Shown: positions 38,097 to 51,156 of the stretch, piece after piece | Position numbering within the stretch: position 1 is the first letter of the stretch | Layout: the number at the start of each line of letters is the position of its first letter | NCBI GenBank assembly: GCA_044892525.1 | Contig: CM097885.1 | Coordinates: forward strand, 34,040,001 to 34,104,000 | Length of the DNA: 64,000 bases | Reading direction: 5' to 3' | Source of the DNA: Schmidtea polychroa | Taxonomy: Eukaryota | Translations under genes and position numbers: made by a program | Notes under the pieces: model-generated | Told to the model about the DNA's origin: nothing | What the model saw: the letters and a program-made list of their open reading frames with translations, nothing else | Database searches by the model: none

Positions 38097-39104
38097 ATGG
38101 TAAGAAAGACGCGAGGAAAAATAACACAAGCAGTCGTAGACATTGTTTTATCGATGACAAATAGAAACGAAACCATCAAAAAAATACCCGAAACTGTTAA
38201 GCTTCATAGAAGAACAGTTAGAGAAATTTTAAAAAAACAAGAGAGTGGATCGTCCTTTACTTCTGCAACGGAAAAGTATAAGGAAACATGCAGAAGAAAA
38301 AGAGAATCTTTAACTGCCGAAGAACCGGTAATATTCAATTCTATAGCTTGTAACAACTCCTTGATTATTGATGAAATAAAGCAAAAAGTGTCTGAGCAGT
38401 TGGACGTTGATATTTCTAGTTCCATAATTTCAAGAAAAATGAAACAGATGAATATTACAAGAAAAAAGCTTGTTTTAGTGCCCAGAGAACGAAATACAGC
38501 GGCGAGACTTGATGAACGAGCAATATATGCTGAAGATATTAGTCGATTTTCCGATGAAAACCTTGTATTTCTTGATGAAACTGGATTTAACCAACGAAAT
38601 ATATGGCTATTCCAGTGTCAACACTCCTGCGTATATCACTGCGCCAGCAAATAGGGAAATTAACCGAAATTCAATGTGTGCTATTAGTTTAAGTGGTTTA
38701 ATCGCATCAGAGTACAGGACAGGCTCATTTAATTCAAATTCATTCATTCAATTCATATAGAATAAGCTAGTTCCATATTTTAGACTAAATCCGAGAAAGA
38801 TACTTATAATGGATAATGCTAGAATCCACAAAACAGCTGAAGTAGAAAGAACTTTAAGAGCAAATGGAATAGCTTTCAAATTTTTAACTCCTTATTCGCC
38901 AGAACTAAATCCGATTGAAGTTTTTTTTTCTATGATAAGAGCAAGATATTATTCCGTTAAGAATAATAATCCCGAGATCTCTCTTGAACAATGTATTTCT
39001 CAGATTTTATGTCCTGATAATGATTATTCAATTCCATATCAAGGATTTTACTGAAATATGAGAAGATGGCTTGATAAAGCAAGAATCAAAGAGATGTTTA
39101 TCTG
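38097..39104 (+). pseudogene. DD34E transposase, disrupted
   Basis: VFLDETGF, MDNARIH and YSPELNPIE, with 34 residues between the second D and E; frameshift and stops. Confidence 0.9.
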
Positions 39105-39150
39105 AATAAATAATTTATTGAAATTGCTTTATTTTTTTGAGTTATTTTTA

Positions 39151-39502
39151 TGTGATTAAAGAAATGCAAAAATGTGATTATAGAAATGAAAACATGTGAT
39201 TATAGAAATGAAAACATGTGATTATAGAAATGAAAACATGTGATTATAGAAATGAAAACATGTGATTATAGAAATGAAAACATGTGATTATAGAAATGAA
39301 AACATGTGATTATAGAAATGAAAACATGTGATTATAGAAATGCAAAAATGTGATTAAAGAAATGCAAAAATGTGATTATAAAAATGAAAACATGTGATTA
39401 TAGAAATGCAAAAATGTGATTATAGAAATGAAAACATGTGATTATAGAAATGAAAACATGTGATTATAGAAATGCAAAAATGTGATTATAGAAATGCAAA
39501 AC
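39151..39502 (+). repeat. 16 x 22-bp tandem array of the TIR-internal motif
   Basis: Unit TGTGATTATAGAAATG(A/C)AAA(C/A)A with an exact period of 22; the last copy forms part of the right TIR. Confidence 0.96.
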
Positions 39503-40601
39503 CCTGTATTATTGTTATATTATTATGTTGTGGTTTTATGCTTTCTATTGAAAGTTTTCAATGGCCTCTGAATATATATTTATAAATGAAATTCACATAC
39601 GTATTACTAAGCACCAAGAAGAAATGTCTAAAAATCATTTTTTACAAATAAAGGTAATTGAAAATAATATGAATTCAAAGAGAATTAATTGTATTCGAGA
39701 AGAGATTGATAAGAATAAACATGAATTGTTTGTGTTTGTTAATAAATTTTAATTTTTTTATTTTGTAAATCGATGGCAGAATTTTGTAGAAAAGATTGTT
39801 TGAAAATCGAATGACCAAAATCAAATCTTTGAAATTCGTTTAAAAATTTTTTGACAAATCGTAAAAATCCTTTTAGTAAGTTTGTTTTCCATTCAATTTT
39901 AAATTATTATATTCGTATTCAACTTTTCATTTGCTGCCTTCTATACCCTGCATCCTGCACGTGTGAAGGCATCATTTCAAATATTGAAGGTCCTTCGAGA
40001 TCTTTTGATTTACAGAAAGAAAAAAGCCATCGAAAATGAGCTGCAGAAAGAAGATTATAAAAATTTAAAAAACTATTTCATTCATTCAGTTTTGTAATTT
40101 TAAATCAAATGTACAATTTGCTATTTTAATATTCACTTTGGCCCGTAAATACTTATTCTCAATATGATGCGTGGACTGAAACTGCCAGCCATATCTGAAC
40201 TAGATTCAATATCTAACCTAACATTTAATTGAAAACATTTTGTTTGAAACTGGATACTTTGGCGAGAATATGGTTTTTCAAAATTATATTTCAATTTCAT
40301 TGATAATGCGGTGTTCTACATGATTGACAGGTCTTCACCATATATGAAACTCTAGTTCTATAGTTAATTAAATTGACAACATTGTCAGTAATATTATTAT
40401 ATATCAGAAAGTAAACTAATTGAATACCACTTCAGATATAATCGTCCACTGATAAGGTTTTTGAGCAATCATTAAATTACCAATATTAAACTTTTGATAT
40501 AATCTATAAATTTTAATCGCAATGACATTTAATTGAAGGTAGAAGTAAAATTATATAAATAGAGCTACTCATTTAAATATTTTCTACTTTCATTTGTATT
40601 G

Positions 40602-40754
<153 letters not shown>

Positions 40755-41134
40755 TGCTATAAATCAATATATAAATCAATATATAAATCAATATAAATCA
40801 ATTATTGAATGAATTATTAAATTTTTCTTTCATTTCTACTTCTTTTTTACGATATCGGAAGAGGGAAAACATAAAGTAGACATGTCCCAAACAAGTCTCC
40901 AAGGTTAATTTTATGAACGATTGAAATTGGACAATAATAATATTTGCCCACAAATAATCGTGTATAAACAGATTTTTAAGAATTAAATAATTCATCAATC
41001 TAAATCAGTGATGTCAAACCTTTTGAAATTGTGGGCCAAATAAAAGCTTTCCAAACATTTCGCGGGCCAAAAATCAAAATTGTTTTATATTCTAGACTAG
41101 AGTGAGATTAGGTTTTTCAAATTTGACTACTTAT

Positions 41135-41838
41135 TTAAGTATTACTACTACACTCTGCCAATGCTTAACTGTACAATTAGATAATAACATTTAGAATAAA
41201 AAATTGTATTATCTCATAAAAAGCATACACTCATCAAAAAATATATGGACTTGGTCAATTCAAATGCATGAGCAACTTCTTTATTAATCATATGAGGCAA
41301 AGCAATGCAAGTTGAAAAAGCTAAACGGGAATCCCGAAGTTCTCGTGCTGGATTAAAATTTCCAGTTGAAAGAATTCATCGTAAACTACGCAAAGGAAAT
41401 TTTGCAGAACGTGTTGGTGCAGAGGCTCCAGTTTATATGGCTGCCGTTATAGAATATTTGGTTGCTGAACTTGTCGAGTTGGCTGGAAATGCCGCCAGAG
41501 ATAACAAGAAATATAGAATTAACCCAACACATTTCCAATTAGCCATTCGTAATGATGAAGAATTAAACAAACTATTCGGACATGTCACAATTTCCCAGGG
41601 AGGTGTCATTCCAAATATCCAAGGCACATTAATTAACAAAAAGGCACAACCAGAAAAAGAATAATTTATTGAATTTTGTAATAGTTAAGTAATACTACTA
41701 CACTCCGCCAATTCTTAACTATTCTGTTAAATAATAACATTTAGAATTAAAAATTGTATTATCTCATAAAAAGCATACACTCGTCAAAAAATATATGCAA
41801 TTGGTCAATTCAAATGCATGAGCAACTTCTTTATTAAT
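41135..41838 (+). repeat. 154-bp direct repeats (41135-41288 and 41685-41838) bracketing H2A
   Basis: Colinear copies TTAAGTA.TACTACTACACTC...GCATGAGCAACTTCTTTATTAAT with scattered substitutions. Confidence 0.95.
41305..41664 (+). pseudogene. H2A: Divergent histone H2A ORF (119 aa) lacking the canonical N-terminus; functional status uncertain
   Basis: [58 protein letters not shown]; upstream in-frame TGA-GGC-AAA looks like a mutated RGK. Confidence 0.85.
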
Positions 41839-44085
41839 TAATAAGAAAATAATCATATCAAATTTAATTTAGTTCAAAAATCAATTTTAAAATATCTTTT
41901 TATTGACAAGACTGTAACTGCAAATTCAAATAAAATATACACATTTTTAAAACCTAAAAAACCTAACCGTCCTAACACAAGCTGTTTAAAAATAAATTGT
42001 AATTTAAAATTTAAAAAGTTTGGAAATAATTGACAACATCTGGCGAATAACTGATAATTTTAGAAATCAATGTATTCATTATTAAAACTAACAAACTACA
42101 TTTTAAAATTATTATTTTTAAAAAATGAATCAATTGAAGATACAAAAAAGTAGGGTAACTGCAAAGTTGTCTTTATGTTTGTGGGCCACAAAAACACGAG
42201 CGGATGGCCACATTTGGCCCATCGATCTAGATGTTGGGAAATAGTATTAAGCATTTTCAGTTCTTTAAATTTATAAATAAACTATCAAGAAATGTTTAAT
42301 AAGGAAGGGTACGAAATTATCGCCATCATCCTGAAAACGTGACAGAGACATGAGAATGATAGCTTATTTTGAAGGTCTCGGTAATAAATGACGAAATTTA
42401 TAAGTAGAATTTGTATTGAATGTACAAATTTCCTCCACAGATAGATCAAATGCGAAGGGCTTATACTCTGAGATTACTCTTCATTAGAAAATCTTTTTCA
42501 ATCTTGTGTTTTTGAAAAATTTCACGTATTTCTAAAATCTGGAATTTGTTTTTAAATTATATTTTAAAAATTATATTTTATATTTTAAATGGTTAAATTT
42601 TCATGGAAAAGTAAAAGTAACAATTTATTTAAATATATAATTACCTATGCAACAATTTATGGCTGTAACGCCATTTAAAGGTTTAAAATGAATACTAATT
42701 AATTGTTACTTATTGATTATTTTTTTATAAAAAACATTCTGAATATAAAAACAACTAATTATCTAAAGCTGAAATTTAGGTAGTTATTAATATTATTGCT
42801 TGAATATCTTACCATTCACATTTAATATAATTCATAAGTTTTAAGTTCCCTAAAATGATATTTATTATTCAGTTGTCTATGGAACTTTTCTAAATATATA
42901 TTATGAGAAATTTGGTTCCATTTAGTATTACTCATAAATCATAATTAATAATCCCAAAAAGATATTTATAGTTGTTATCTTTCAACAACACTTGGTACCC
43001 AGATATTGTTTTTTGCCAAAGATTATTTTAATTAAGAACTTATTAAACAAATCTTTTAGCAAGCGATAAATTATTTGTTTTTTCCTTAATAAAGGCTGAT
43101 TATAAATTTCATTATTTTTCGAAATTATGATATCGGCAAACGAGAATATCAAAATAAAAATTTGAAAATTATTTCCTATTACAAATTTGGATCTCATTAA
43201 TAAACAGAAATTTATTTCTCCTGAGAATTATTACTTTCTTTTTGAAATTTCTTTTAAAAGTCAATTAAATTTACAATTTTTAAATTTTATTTCGACAGTT
43301 TTTAAAAGCCTTGATAGAAATTTGATTGAAAATAATGTCGGTTTGATCTGTTATTGAATTCAAAAATAAAATTCTTAGTTTTCACCATTCAGCCAATAGT
43401 ATTTATAAACCAATTTTAGAAAAATTGTTATTATTTATGTCTGATTCAAACAAATGCATCTGCAATAATGAATGAGCAAATCTCTTTTGAATCTTTGTCG
43501 TATATCAAAAACAGGTAAAAATTTTATTTAAATATACAAATATTAACCTACTAAATTATTTAATTACATGCAATTTTTTTATAAATTAATAGTTAATTAA
43601 TAATTAACAAATATATAAATTAATAATTAAAAATATTGATTGTAATTAATGATAATTTTTTTTCATTTTCCTGAGTTCCGGTTTCTGCAAAGGCAAAGAA
43701 ATTAATCCTCATTCATTATTTTCATAACTATTTTCAATTTAGGTTTTATCAACAACCCATAAATTTGTTTAAAATTTTACCACATAGATTATTTGTAATA
43801 AAAACAAAATAAAATTGTTATTAATCTTATGAAATTACAATAAATTAACTCGTTCAAAAAAAGCTGTTAACTAACAAAAAAAATCATATTTATTTAAACA
43901 AATATTTTATAAATTTTGATTTTATTTTCTTATGTTTTCATAAAAATATATTTACAATTTAACATATCATTTTTTTAAACATTTCAATAAAAATATTTGG
44001 TTTTCCGAAAATTTTCTTTTATTATTTAAATTTTTTTCTTAATTAATATTTTTAAATTTAATATATCTGTACAACCATTTAGTTT

Positions 44086-44316
<231 letters not shown>

Positions 44317-44997
44317 AAAAGTAATTGAAATTGTGAATGAGTGTGTAGGATTTATTTGTGAAAAGTGACATTGTAAATAATTTAACATTATTTTAAAGTA
44401 AAAAAATCAAGGTAGTAAATTAGTTCTGAAATATAATATTAAATTTATAATATTAACAAATTTAATTATATTTATTAAAATCTAAATTGATTTGTTTATT
44501 TTTTACAATTTTTAAAACTTTAATATTCTATACCTGATTTGCTATTTTTCTAATCGTACTTGTTTCTCAACGGAAATGGATTATTCCATTTTAAATTAAT
44601 ATTTTAATAATTAATTTTTAAAATATATAATCAAAATTATGAATCTCACAAATCTTACAAATTAACGGCCAAAAAGAGTTTATATAAATTCAAAATCTGA
44701 TTAAAATTCCTTTAACATTACCTATAAACAAATTAAGTAATTAAATAGTTGATCAAAATAATATTAACAATTATATTAACAATCTTGTTAACAATTAAAA
44801 TTACTTGGAAAAGGCTGTGCCGAAAATTCGCGAATATCAAAAAAGCATCAATATCTTTACTGATTCTTAGTCAAATTTGTTTAATAAATACGATGTCTAT
44901 TGAAAAGAAATTAGAGGTGAAAATCATTTTCAAATATAGTTTTCCTTATCTATTTTTTGACTTGTCTTATTATGTCTGCTAAGATCTGATACTTACT

Positions 44998-45860
44998 TTA
45001 CTGGTATATTAATCCTAAAATGTACTTCTTGCGCCCATTGGTATTTGGGTGGGTTCCACATTCATCCAAGAATATAATTTTAAACATTTTGGTTGATTCT
45101 GTCTTTACTTCTTCCTTTGTTATCTCTACTATAGTCTTGGTTTTTTGACAAATCTCACAACTTCGAAATATTTCCTGAATCTGACTCCAAAGATGATTTC
45201 CAACACATCTATCTTTCATATAATCGGCTATTTTCACGACTCCAACATGACATACTAGTCCGCGTATTTCCCGCATTGTTTCTTGTATTTCTTTTTCTGG
45301 TATCATCATTTTTTTCTTTCGCCCTTCTTCTTTAATTGAGTTTAATCTTGTTTTTATCTTACCTTTCTTAGCATTTTCATGAGTCGTCTGACACTGAATA
45401 CGTATATCACATTTAGTACTCGACAACATGTATACATTTTTGCGATTAGCACTCTTATTGAATTCTACAATTATGACTAAACAGCTAATTATTTATCCAA
45501 GTTTGGAACTGTTCTTAGGTGGTCTGTTCTTAGCGTAAATCTTCGTCCATGCAAAATTAATATATTGCCAGTAGCTCTTTCCTAGTAATACAATACTATT
45601 TCTCGTGGATCATCATTGAGTGTAATCTGTATACTAAAACTCTCTCTTTTCATTCTTCAACTCTTTGTGAAAGCCCCGTTCCAATGATGTCGAGGCTCAA
45701 TTAACTCTCTTTTCAGATCTGAAAAACATAGAACCGCCTATCCTCAATCCCTTGAGCACATTATTCATCCCCCTTATTGATTCCACCCTTTTGTTAGTTG
45801 GACCACTACATAATTGTTCTAACATCTTGGCCTTTGCGTACTCGCTGAGAAATCTTTTTT
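44998..45860 (-). pseudogene. Gypsy RNase H/integrase relic
   Basis: Integrase zinc-binding segment HVGVVK...CEICQKTK followed by IFLDECG and KKYILG; degenerate RNase H-like sequence upstream. Confidence 0.75.
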
Positions 45861-45864
45861 GATA

Positions 45865-47330
45865 CAGGCGAACCCGCTTAATATCATGCTTACGGTTCCA
45901 AAAAAAATCATGATATTAAGCGGGTCGTGATAAAAACCGAAACTCACTTAATATCCACATACGTGACATTAACCGAAAACTCGGTTATTATCATTATTCA
46001 TGACAATAACCGAAATTTTATTTCAATAGAGAATTTATTTATGTATTTATTTATGAAAAAAAGACATTATATTGACTACTTAGTAATAATTTAATTATTT
46101 TTAATATACATCCAATATATTGACTAGTAATAATTCATTTATTTATTTATACATATACATATATACGCTCGCAAATTTATTTAAACCATTTTTCTAATGT
46201 TAATTGACGTGTTTTGGTTGTATTTTTTAATATAGTGTGCTGAACTATATTATCCAACTGATTTAAACAGTCCCAAGGTGCAACATTGTTATTTGTTAAA
46301 AACATTTGTATATTTTTAAAAGATTCTAAAGCAATATTGTTGGTTATAGTTGTTGCAGTTGATTCTATTTCATCGTCGCTATCATCACTTGCCACATTAT
46401 TATTTTCATTTTGCTTTTTTTGTTCCACGATGGATTCCACAAGCATTTGATCATTGAAAGGTTCTGAACATTCTTCATTGATATCCATTTCCAAATATTC
46501 ATTAAAATCAAAATCCAGTTCATTCATATACAAAGCAAGTTCGTCACTTTCAATTAAATCTGGAGCATTATTACAAAATTTTGCCTTTTTGAAACAATTT
46601 TGTACAGTTATGCTGGTAACGTTGTTACATGCTTCTTTTATTAAAATTACCGCATCCAATAGTACCCATCCCAAGTTTTTTTACTATTTGCCCAGCTTGT
46701 ATTTGATCAGTGGAAGATTCAATTGCTGCTAGTAATTTCAATACAAGTAATCGACGATAATGGAACTTAAAATTGCGGATAATGCCTTGATCACACGGTT
46801 GAGCTAGTGATGTTACATTTTGTGGGAGGAAATTTAATTCGATGTTATTAAATTTTAACTTTGGATGCACAGAGCAATTGTCTAAGACTAAAGCAATCTT
46901 CCGACTTTGAGAATACAGTTCTTTATCCCATTGACGTAGCCTTTCGTCGAATATAGAGGACGTCATCCAGGCGTTTAAATTATTTTTATAGTTTACAGGT
47001 AACTGTCTAACACCTCAAAAGCAACGCGGTGTTTTAGATTTGGCAATTACTAAAACTGGTTGCTTTTCACCATCTATACTGGCACAAAGTAAAATAGTAA
47101 CTCTTTCTTTTGATACTTTACTCCCAGAAAGTTCAGTTGCCTTAAAGACATGTGAACCATTCGGCATTGCACGCCACAAAAGGCCAGTTTCGTCGGCGTT
47201 GAAAATATCTTTTGGTTGATAGCAGCGGAATACAAAAAAAAAAAAAAAAAAAAAAAAATATCAAAATCAAAAAATATTCATGATAATAAGCGGGAAATGG
47301 ATATTATGCAAGATTATATTAACCGAGTAA
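45865..47330 (-). mobile_element. Second pogo/Tigger element, 5'-deleted, with transposase relic at ~46177-47230
   Basis: TA-CAGGCGAACCCGCTTAATATCAT end with repeated GATATTAAGCGGG; IFNADETGL, KERVTILLC, LVLDNCSVH, QPCDQGII; other TIR not found. Confidence 0.88.
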
Positions 47331-47838
47331 AAATGTATTGATTTAATAGTGTTTGGCAATTGCATATATAATTAATTAAATTTTTCAAATATCTTCAATT
47401 CTTTATCTCAATTTTATAATTTTTATTTGTTGTTTTTATTATTATTGATGATTGAAAATTCTAGTATCTTCATTTTATATTGAAATAAATATGATTACAA
47501 TGTAAATAAATATGATAAAGTTGAACAATCAAGCAAATTGATATGAAGATATCAAGTCAATAAATTGCTAATGTCATTGTGAAAGTAGTACTATTGTTTT
47601 GTACGACGCCTTTTGACCAATTACACCTAAAATTTTCAGTTAATCAAACTATAATTATTTAAAATTAATAACTAATTCAGTTCAGTTTTAGAAGAATAAT
47701 AAGTCAATGCAAAATATTTTCCGTTTATATCATGATAAAATCTTCAAAATGTTACCATAATATTTAGTTGTTCTGATAAAGCGATTCCTTTTTCTAGTTA
47801 TTCGCATTTTGTGACATATATATGCAAATAATTATATA

Positions 47839-48136
<298 letters not shown>

Positions 48137-50726
48137 AGAGCTGGAAGACTATAAATCAATAATATCTCGATGTTTTTTGATACTCACGACTTTTCAGCAA
48201 TATCTTTTTCAAGTGAAATTCACTTTAAAAAGTCAGTACCGACAATTCGTGAGTATCAACAAACATCGATATATTACTGATTTATAGTCATCAAGATTTC
48301 TTTTTAAAAAATTCAATGGAAAAAATAATCAGTGGTGAAATTGGAAAAAAAAGTTCTTATAATATATATAAATATATATATACGTCCTAAATTAAAATAA
48401 TCAACAAAATTTTGAGCTGTTTTTGAAAATTTGTATTTTTTGTAAATAATTTATACTAATAACTATGAATTTGTAATTTTCGATATAATTTTATTTTATT
48501 CTAATTGCAATGTTGGTTACAAGAAAGGAGTTCCAATTTGAAGGTTGTATAATAAATTAGAGGAATTTGTTTACTTTGAAATTTAATATACAATAAATAT
48601 TATGGCTCTGGAGAATTTTCAAATGTTCAGCGACTTTAAATGATGCTTAAATATTCCACTATGAAAACTATATTATTTAAAAGTCATGCCCTAAAGATCT
48701 AGTTCTAAAGGATTTCTCCATCGTAATTTTCTAAATTAATCCAACTGGATATTATCTATTAAATGGACAACTGGGAGAAAACCAAAATCAAGGTTCGGGG
48801 TAAAATATGAATTTTATCAACATGAAACTTTCTTGGTTAGTCAAAGAATAACTCAAGCAGATATGCAATGTGACATGACTCTCGATGTGAAAACTCATAT
48901 ACAATGTAGCAACTTAAATGGACGGATTTCACCTAATACCAATCAGAAAAATGTTACAAGGGCAGTTGGATAAATAAACTTGTGGGTTACAGCGACTACT
49001 TTTGATACAAAGAAAAATGCTAAATTACTTTAAAAATAAAATCAAAAAACTTAGTTTTAGAATGGGGAAAATAAGAAAAACAATATTTATTAACAAGTAC
49101 CGCAGAAAAAGAATAAAAAAATGAGAAGGAATTAACTGATGATAAAAAGAAGGAATTTGTTGATTTTAATGATAATAGTTGTTGTTTGATAAATATTATA
49201 TGATTGACAAATGTTTGATATCGGGAAATGTCGAAGTAACCGAAAACAGCACAAGTGTAAATATTAAGAACTACAAAAGCAAATACACAGGAATAATATG
49301 TTTAAGAAAAGAATATGTTTAAAGAAAGTTGAAATTATAATATTGTCAAGAAACGTGAGGTCGTTAAAAAGGAAATTTATTATCAAAGTTTGATTAAGGT
49401 GAACACTTTCTGAAAGAAGTTTATTTATCGATTAAACAGAAAAGGAAAAAAGCGAAACAATTAATATGTAATATCTGAAATTGAAGCAAGATATTAGTTG
49501 TGTGACCATTGCTAATATTCAATAGCGATGATTTTATATTTGGACATTTCGATTGTCGGGCATTTTTCGTGTTGTTTAGACACAAAATTAGGGGGTTTTA
49601 AAAATATATTTTTTGCCGCAATATTAAATAAAGGCGCAATTCACTTAAAATTATCAAACAATATTTTTAGAGAATATAATTTGATATTCTTTACCGCACT
49701 GATGACCTGACATAAGCGATTAGCTATAAAGCAATAACACATGCATATATTATTTCTATCTGATGTGAATTACTTCGTTATAACTATTATATGTATATAA
49801 AATACAATACTACCAATTCATAGGCAGACCCGAACAGAGCTATTTACAGGTAGGCGCAAATTTATATTTTTCCTGGTGCGTCAAACAGGTCTATCGTCCT
49901 ATGAAATAAGCAATGCTATTTATGTATTTTGCATTTAAATAACAAGTGTCTTAAAAAAGTAATCTGTGTACTAAATATATAGTCAATGAGGGCTTGATGC
50001 GTAATTTACCTTGTTAGTAGTTAGTGTTTTCAGAAGTCAGAATGGTGTTATCTCAGTATGTAATTTATAGCAAAACCAAGCGATAAATGTGGACCATATG
50101 CCAGTACTTCCATTTGTATATTGATCAAATTATTATAAATTACCACTTGGCGGCCTTAACCAACATTTTGGACTTCATAAGAATTAATGTAGTTGGATTT
50201 TACAAAATATTAAAGAAATGAATATAAAATGCTAGCAAGAACTTACTGAAGTAAGTTCTGAGACTATTAATAAATTTTTAAGAAAAAATACCACAATGAT
50301 AAAGCAAGCTTTTTAAAATCCGAACATTTAATAATGAAAATCTTGAGAACAAGAAACTCATTTTGTCAAAACTCGGTGAACAGAAAGCAGAATTTTGGAA
50401 TCTGTCGATTTATCTTCAAAATAAAAAATTGGATTTTAATATGATGTTGAGTTATAATTATAATTCAATTGGACCAAACCACAAATCTCATTCCACGTGT
50501 TCTCGATCAAAATAGCAACTCAACACAATAACTTTTATTATTATTACAAATTAAATACGTTCAACCTTTCAACGATACTAATTATCTTTTGTTTAATACA
50601 AGGACAAGTATTTTAAGACTGATTCAATGTATATGTATGATAAATACAATGTGAAGTTAATAGAGTTTTAAAATATTAAAATTGATTAAATATAATTATA
50701 AGATAACGCCAATCAAACATTCTTTT

Positions 50727-50765
50727 CACGATTAATTTCGACAGTTTTCCTGTCATCATCAGGTG
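50727..50765 (-). ncRNA. Minimal type I hammerhead ribozyme motif (Penelope pLTR type)
   Basis: Minus strand: CAC-CUGAUGA-U-GACAG-GAAAA-CUGUC-GAAA-UUAAUC-GUG. Confidence 0.75.
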
Positions 50766-50879
50766 GGATATAATAACTCATTAAATTAAGGATTTTAAAC
50801 AAATTTATTAATTATATATAAAAATTTTTTATTTTATAAAAAAAATATATTATTTTTTTTAAATTTTAACATTTAAAAG

Positions 50880-51156
50880 TATATGTAAATAAGCTTAATG
50901 ATGTTTTGAACGCTCTCCAGTTTGTGAAAATAGAGATTTCTCGAAAAAATGGAATACAGCCTCCTCTTAAGAATGAGAATTTGTTGAAAGAAATACTGAA
51001 TAATTAATTAAAAATAAGCAAATTGATGAAGAGTTGTTTAAATTTATTCGTCCAATGGGATCACAACCAGCAAAAATGTATGGGCTTCCAAAAATCCATA
51101 AAGATGGCGTGCCTATGAGACCTGTTTTATCCATGATTGGCACTGCCCAGTATAAA
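50880..51156 (+). pseudogene. Penelope-like reverse transcriptase fragment
   Basis: FIRPMGSQPAKMYGLPKIHKDGVPMRPVLSMIGTAQY. Confidence 0.88.

Larger units (their letters stand above)
38044..39506 (+). mobile_element. IS630/Tc1/mariner DD34E transposon
   Basis: Perfect 27-bp TIRs CAGGGTTTTGCATTTCTATAATCACAT with TA on both flanks. Confidence 0.96.
41006..42224. mobile_element. Non-autonomous hAT (Charlie/Buster-like) carrying an H2A sequence
   Basis: Left end CAGTGATGTCAAACC; GGGCCA subterminal motifs at both ends; flanks ATCTAAAT and ATCTAGAT (7/8 match); right TIR mostly missing. Confidence 0.7.

Noticed and set aside
39151..39502. CRISPR array
   Set aside because: Head-to-tail repeats with no unique spacers, eukaryotic context, and the unit equals the TIR motif.
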